A stretch of 64,000 nt of DNA, taken from positions 320,001 through 384,000 of the forward strand of contig CAXXXF010000015.1 of NCBI GenBank assembly GCA_963667175.2. The letters run 5' to 3'. The position numbers were made by a program, and so were the translations under genes. Source of the DNA: Candidatus Latescibacterota bacterium. GTDB taxonomy: Bacteria; Latescibacterota; UBA2968; GCA-2709665. A model generated the notes under the pieces. That model was not told the origin of the DNA and made no database searches. It worked only from the letters and a program-made list of their open reading frames with translations. Position 1 is the first letter of the stretch. Every line of letters starts with the position of its first letter. Below are positions 59,321-64,000 of this stretch, one piece after another.

Positions 59321-59560
59321 TTAGAGTTTGACGAGAATGAGCGTGCCAAGCGCAACCAGCGTGGTAAACTGGATTCCGATAAGCCAGTATATTCGCGTGT
59401 GCAGGTCTCGTAATCCTGCATCCATGCGGGCGTTGATTTCGCGGAAACCTTGATCCATACGAGTTTCCAGGCTTGCCATGCGCTGGCTCAGTTGTTCGAC
59501 GGTTCCCTCGACGCGCGAAAGCCTGGCATCGAAATCATTGGCGGGTGTTCCAGTCTGCAC
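59321..59560 (-). CDS. Membrane-anchored coiled-coil protein, paralog A (79 aa)
   Basis: MDQGFREINAR-MDAGLRDLHTR plus a TM tail. Confidence 0.8.
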   Translation of the reverse strand: MQTGTPANDFDARLSRVEGTVEQLSQRMASLETRMDQGFREINARMDAGLRDLHTRIYWLIGIQFTTLVALGTLILVKL

Positions 59561-59681
59561 TGCGGCGCTCCTATCCCCTTCAATTCGCAAACCGGATCAG
59601 GATTCTCAGGATGAAGGGTTGAACAGGATGAAAACCGAAAAGCGCGAGAAAAGGCCGAGAAAACGAACGACGGCGTTCCGG

Positions 59682-60239
59682 TCACTTCATTTCGCGCTCG
59701 AGGCGCCTGATTTCGTCGCGCAGGCTGGCGGCCTCTTCGTACTGCTCCCGGGCCGCGGCCTCCTTCAATTCCGCCCTGAGGGCCGTCAGCCGATCGGAGA
59801 TCCCGCCTTCGACCTTCTCGACCTCCACGTCCAAAGACGCATTGATGGGCAGCCCGGCCTCCTGGATGACCCTGTCTTCCACGTACACCGGGGCGCCCGT
59901 GCGGAGCGCCAGGGCGAGGGCGTCGCTGGGCCGGGAGTCCACGCCGATGGTTTTGCCGTCCGCGTCCAGGCTGACTTCGGCGAAGAAGACGTCTTCCTTG
60001 AGCGCGTTGATGAGCACCCGCGTGACCTTGACGCCCATGCCGTCCAATATGGACCGTAGCAACTCGCAGGTGGGCGGCCGCGGGGGTTCTTCGTCGTACA
60101 GCGCCATGTAAATGGCCGTGGCTTCGAAATTCCCGATGGAGATGGGCAGGAAGATCTGCTGCTCCCTGTCTTTCAGCCACACGAGCGGCCGGTTGGTGTT
60201 GGGTTCCACCGCCACGCCGATCACGTTCATTTCGATCAT
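59682..60239 (-). CDS. Bifunctional nuclease family (DUF151) protein with UVR domain
   Basis: LPISIGNFEA, RPPT..LL, DSRPSDALALA and C-terminal EQYEEAASLRDEI. Confidence 0.9.
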   Translation of the reverse strand: MIEMNVIGVAVEPNTNRPLVWLKDREQQIFLPISIGNFEATAIYMALYDEEPPRPPTCELLRSILDGMGVKVTRVLINALKEDVFFAEVSLDADGKTIGVDSRPSDALALALRTGAPVYVEDRVIQEAGLPINASLDVEVEKVEGGISDRLTALRAELKEAAAREQYEEAASLRDEIRRLEREMK

Positions 60240-60392
60240 AGGAGTGTGCATCCTTCCCGGCGCGCACAGGGGAGGATGAGTTGCGCCGCTGGGTGATGGC
60301 CTTTTTCGCAAATACGCTTACTAAACAAGAATATAGGGCGAACGCCTCGGAAAAATCAAGGGAAAAAAGGCGGGGAGAGGGGAGAGAAGCAG

Positions 60393-61380
60393 CGGTCAGG
60401 GGTCAGTGGTCAGTGGTCAGCTTGAGACAAAATCGAACATCAGCTCACACGGAGACACGAAGACACAAAGAAAACCAAAACCAGTGGTCAGTGGTCAGTG
60501 GTCAGTGGTCAGCTTGAGTCAAAATCGAACATCAGCTCACACGGAGACACGAAGACACAAAGAAAACCAAACCAGCGGTCAGCCGTCAGCTTGAGTCAAA
60601 ATCGAAAATCAGCTCACACGGAGACACGAAGGCACAAAGAAAACCAAACCAGCGGTCAGCCGTCAGCTTGAGACAAAATCGAACATCAGCTCACACGGAG
60701 ACACGAAGACACAAAGAAAACCAAACCAGCGGTCAGCGGTCAGCGGTCAGCCGTCAGCTTGAGTCAAAATCGAAAATCAACTCACACGGAGACACGAAGA
60801 CACAAAGAAAAGCAAAGGCAACCAGCAACGGCGAACCCGTAGACGACCCCTCCCGGCCCCGCAGACCTCTCCCCCCTGCCTGCAGGCAGGCAGGCCCCCT
60901 CTCCCGGGGGGAGAGGGGGAGGAAAACCGGTCACCGAACGAGGATCACCGTTCCCCCTTCCCCCCGGGAAGGGGGTTAGGGGGTAGGTCGGCGGTGGAAG
61001 GGGGGAGATAGGAAATGAGAACGAAAATCAACTCACACGGAGACACGAAGGCACAAAGAAAACCAAACCAGCGGTCAGCTTTCAGCGGTCAGCCGTCAGC
61101 TTGAGTCAAAATCGAACATCAGCTCACACGGAGACACGAAGACACAAAGAAAACCAAAGGCAACCGGCAACGGCGAACCCGTAGACGACCACCCCCAACC
61201 CCGCAGACCTCTCCCCCCGGCCGGCCTGCCTGCCGGCAGGCCGGCCGGGGGGAGAGGGGGAGCAAACCGGTCACCGAACGAGGATCACCGTTGCCCCCTT
61301 CCCCCCGGGAAGGGGGTTAGGGGGTAGGTCGGCGGTGGAAGGGGGATAGGGGTAGGTCGGCCGGGAGAGGGGGGCCCAAG
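60393..61380. repeat. Composite repeat array flanking the DUF559 gene (left side)
   Basis: Five tandem 77-92 bp units (cagcttgag.caaaatcgaa.atcagctcacacggagacacgaagacacaaagaaaa), then two hairpin doublets separated by further units. Confidence 0.92.
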
Positions 61381-61386
61381 GCCGGT

Positions 61387-61767
61387 CTATCGCTTCATGG
61401 TGTATTTTCTGATTGATTGGAGCACGCCATCAAGATTCGTACGTATTTCGTCATTTGTAATTCGTAATACCTGTAATCCACGCGCTATCAGAATGGCATC
61501 CCGTTTTGCGTCATAAGCTGCCTGATCCTGGTGAATCTCGCCGTCGACTTCGATTACCAGGCCGACGGAGTGACAATAGAAATCGACAACGAAGCCGTCG
61601 ATGATCTGCTGCCGTCGAAAGTGAATGCCGTCAAGCCGATTCGCACGCAAGTGCTGCCATAGCTGTTTTTCTTCTTCTGTCATCTGTGATCGTAAACTGT
61701 GCGCCAACTTTACTTTCTCAATGTCAACGCGCTGGCCCCTGACAAGATATCGCCTGGATCTATTCAT
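61387..61767 (-). CDS. DUF559 (Vsr-like) endonuclease
   Basis: LRSQMTEEEKQLWQHLR, FRRQQ, VDFYC, IEVDGEIH, D.KRD, G.QVLRITN; visibly AT-richer than its surroundings. Confidence 0.92.
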   Translation of the reverse strand: MNRSRRYLVRGQRVDIEKVKLAHSLRSQMTEEEKQLWQHLRANRLDGIHFRRQQIIDGFVVDFYCHSVGLVIEVDGEIHQDQAAYDAKRDAILIARGLQVLRITNDEIRTNLDGVLQSIRKYTMKR

Positions 61768-61769
61768 TA

Positions 61770-62176
61770 GCCTCTCCCCCTGGCGCAGACCTCTCCCCCC
61801 GGCCTGCCTGCCTGCCGGCAGGCCCCCTCTCCCGGGGGAGAGGGGGAGGAAAACCGGTCACCGAACGAGGATCACCGTTCCCCCTTCCCCCCGGGAAGGG
61901 GGTCAGGGGGTCAGGGCGGCGGCGGGAGAAGGGGGAGAGAGGAAATGAGAACGAAATTCAGCTCACACGGAGACACAAAGACACAAAGAAAACCAAAGCG
62001 TAAGATCCGAGACTTCGGCCCGGAAGGGAGATGCAGCGTTCAGCCGTCAGTCAAGAGCGAACCACCCCCAACCCCGCAGACCTCTCCCCCCGGCCTGCCG
62101 GCAGGCCGGGGGGAGAGGGGGAGCAAACCGGTCACCGAACGAGGATCACCGTTCCCCCTTCCCCCCGGAAAGGAGG
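61770..62176. repeat. Composite repeat array flanking the DUF559 gene (right side)
   Basis: Two hairpin doublets with the accggtcaccgaacgaggatcaccg spacer plus module D, in direct orientation to the left flank. Confidence 0.9.
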
Positions 62177-64000
62177 TCAGGGCGGCGGCGGGACCGCCGT
62201 GCGGCCGAAGGAAGCGGCGAGGGCGACGAAGTCGGCGAAGTTCACGGCGCCGTCGTCGTTCACGTCGGCCTGGGGGTTGTACGCGGCGTCGCCCTTTCGG
62301 GCGCCGAAGGCGGCGGCGAAGGCGATGAAGTCTTCGAAGTTGACCTCGAGGTCGCCGCCCTGCGACGGGAGGACGATGAGGTGGACCGGGTCGCCGGCGG
62401 GGTCCGCGAACTTCACGCGGATGGAGACGTTCGCGATCTCGACCAGGTCGCCCGCGGTCGCGTTGTTGTCGTCAACCGCGTCGATCCGGTAGACCAGCGA
62501 GGCGACGCCCTCGGGCAGGGCGTCGTCGACGAACCGGGTGGACCCCGGAGGCAGGACGGCGATTTCCTCGAGGCGGTCGGCAGACGCGCCGCGCATCACC
62601 CGGTACCCCGTCACCCCCGGGATCGGGATGCTGTACCCGCGATAGGGAATGACCCCCACCACGCCGTCGTCCGCGGACGCCGTCCACCGCAGCAACACGC
62701 CGCCTGCGCCGTCGCCGGACGCGCCGGTCACCGCGGCGGGCGGGACATCGTCCACGGCGGCGACCGGTCCGTCGGTTTCCATCCGCGCGGACACCCGCAG
62801 TTCGCCCGCCGCGCGGTCGGCGCCGACGCCGGCCGGAACGGCGGCGGCAACCGGCGCGCTCACGCCGGGGTCCAGCGACGCGAAGACCAGGTCTTCCCGA
62901 TCGCCGATGAGGGACGCGGCGAAATCCACCGGCGCGCGGAACCGGTCCGGCAGCTCCTCATCCGCCAGGACCGGCGACGGAATGCCCATCCGCGCGAGGG
63001 TTTGCCGCGCGCGCGCCTTCGCGACCACGCGTTTTCCGGCCGAGGCCGCGTCCACGCCCGCGACGGCCCGGACGCCCCAGCGGGTGGCCTCGTTGTCCAG
63101 CGCGGGGACCACGGCGCGCACCATGCCGCCGTCCGGACCGCCCGTCCCTCCGCCGTCCCCGGCGCCGACGCGCGCCCACTGCGTCCACGTCTTCACGGGC
63201 ACTTCCCCGTGTATCTCGCGGCCGCGCTCATCGTACCCCGCCAGCGTCGTTTCCACTTCCCGCTCGATCAGGTAGTGAATCACGGCGTCGCCCCGGGCGG
63301 AACGCGGGAAGCCGATCAGCACCATGCCGCCCTGGTCGCCGGTCCCGTCCGCGCCCTTGTAGTCCTCCACCGTGATGGAGGCGGGGGGGTCCGGGGGACC
63401 TCTTTCAGGCCTGAAACGCACGGTCACGCCGCCCGTAAACGCGCCGGTCACGGCGTTGTCGCCCGTGCCGGTGACGTAATCCGCGGCAATCGTGCGCACG
63501 GTGATCAGAGCCGTTCCGTCCAGGCCGGCGGCCACGGCGCCAAACTCGGCGCCGCCCGGCGGGACCGTCTGGGCGCCCGTGGGGACCTTCACCGCGGCGT
63601 GGCTGGAACCGAAGGCGACGGCCACCGACGCGTACGTTTCCGATCCCACGGTATTGTCGATCTTCATGCTCGCGTTGCCGAACGCGTCGGCCGGCGTCAC
63701 CCGCACCGCAAACGCGCCGGACACGCTGCCGTCCGGGACCGCGCCGTCCCCGGCGGACACCGCGAATTGCGACAGTTCCGCGGCCTCGACGTTCACCGCC
63801 GCGTCCAGCCGGCCGCTGATGCGAATCGACCGGGTCCCGTCAACCGGGTCGATCAGGCCTTCGACCGCCATCACGGTGGCGCCGGCGAGCGGCCGGGCGG
63901 ACCTGAAGCTCACGTCGCGCCGGCCCGCGCGCCATCCGTCGCCGTCCAGAGTCGCGGCGCGGGCGACCATGCCGGCGGCGGCCATCTCCGCGGGAAGCGC
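62177..64000 (-). CDS. Paralog of the large surface protein (5' partial), ending after the dockerin-like pair
   Basis: Colinear similarity to 53278-57273: DAFGN.SMKIDNTV, DY.GADG.GDQGG, LRWTAS.DD, LIVLPSQGGDLEVNFEDF. Confidence 0.85.
   Translation of the reverse strand, partial: ALPAEMAAAGMVARAATLDGDGWRAGRRDVSFRSARPLAGATVMAVEGLIDPVDGTRSIRISGRLDAAVNVEAAELSQFAVSAGDGAVPDGSVSGAFAVRVTPADAFGNASMKIDNTVGSETYASVAVAFGSSHAAVKVPTGAQTVPPGGAEFGAVAAGLDGTALITVRTIAADYVTGTGDNAVTGAFTGGVTVRFRPERGPPDPPASITVEDYKGADGTGDQGGMVLIGFPRSARGDAVIHYLIEREVETTLAGYDERGREIHGEVPVKTWTQWARVGAGDGGGTGGPDGGMVRAVVPALDNEATRWGVRAVAGVDAASAGKRVVAKARARQTLARMGIPSPVLADEELPDRFRAPVDFAASLIGDREDLVFASLDPGVSAPVAAAVPAGVGADRAAGELRVSARMETDGPVAAVDDVPPAAVTGASGDGAGGVLLRWTASADDGVVGVIPYRGYSIPIPGVTGYRVMRGASADRLEEIAVLPPGSTRFVDDALPEGVASLVYRIDAVDDNNATAGDLVEIANVSIRVKFADPAGDPVHLIVLPSQGGDLEVNFEDFIAFAAAFGARKGDAAYNPQADVNDDGAVNFADFVALAASFGRTAVPPPP

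Noticed and set aside
60406-60830. CRISPR array (77-92 bp periodicity)
   Set aside because: The variable parts are only different numbers of ggtcagt/ggtcagc heptamers, not unique spacers.

Overview
This is a GC-rich bacterial chromosome segment with no tRNA, rRNA, CRISPR array, integrase or transposase. UBact plus proteins with FlgD-Ig tails and dockerin-like motifs suggest a Latescibacterota/FCB-type or related uncultured lineage (inference). Housekeeping genes fill about 1-23 kb: mgtE, TauE, a ThDP enzyme, AgcS, UPF0182, a beta-oxidation trio, msrAB and a radical SAM gene. An AT-richer defence island at about 23.1-30.8 kb carries an MTase with a putative REase, a STAND NTPase with a C-terminal nuclease, and an AAA_14/DUF4143 protein. 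It abuts a complete UBact-proteasome cluster (arc, dop, ubact, prcB, prcA, pafA). Further right are an AAA_21/DUF3226 pair, msrP without msrQ, a Uma2 nuclease, and large secreted cohesin/dockerin-like proteins, one split by a frameshift in a G6 run. There is also a tandem array of four mosaic membrane-anchored coiled-coil genes. The most striking unexplained signal is a modular family of intergenic repeats: BoxC-like hairpin doublets, 7-mer and 8-mer tandem motifs, and a 20-bp palindrome present in some copies and absent from others. These repeats form an 8-unit, 1.95-kb array, are scattered at about ten sites, and bracket an AT-rich DUF559 endonuclease gene on both sides. That gene is a candidate non-RAYT repeat mobiliser. 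All family assignments are from motif recognition by eye; no database searches were run.
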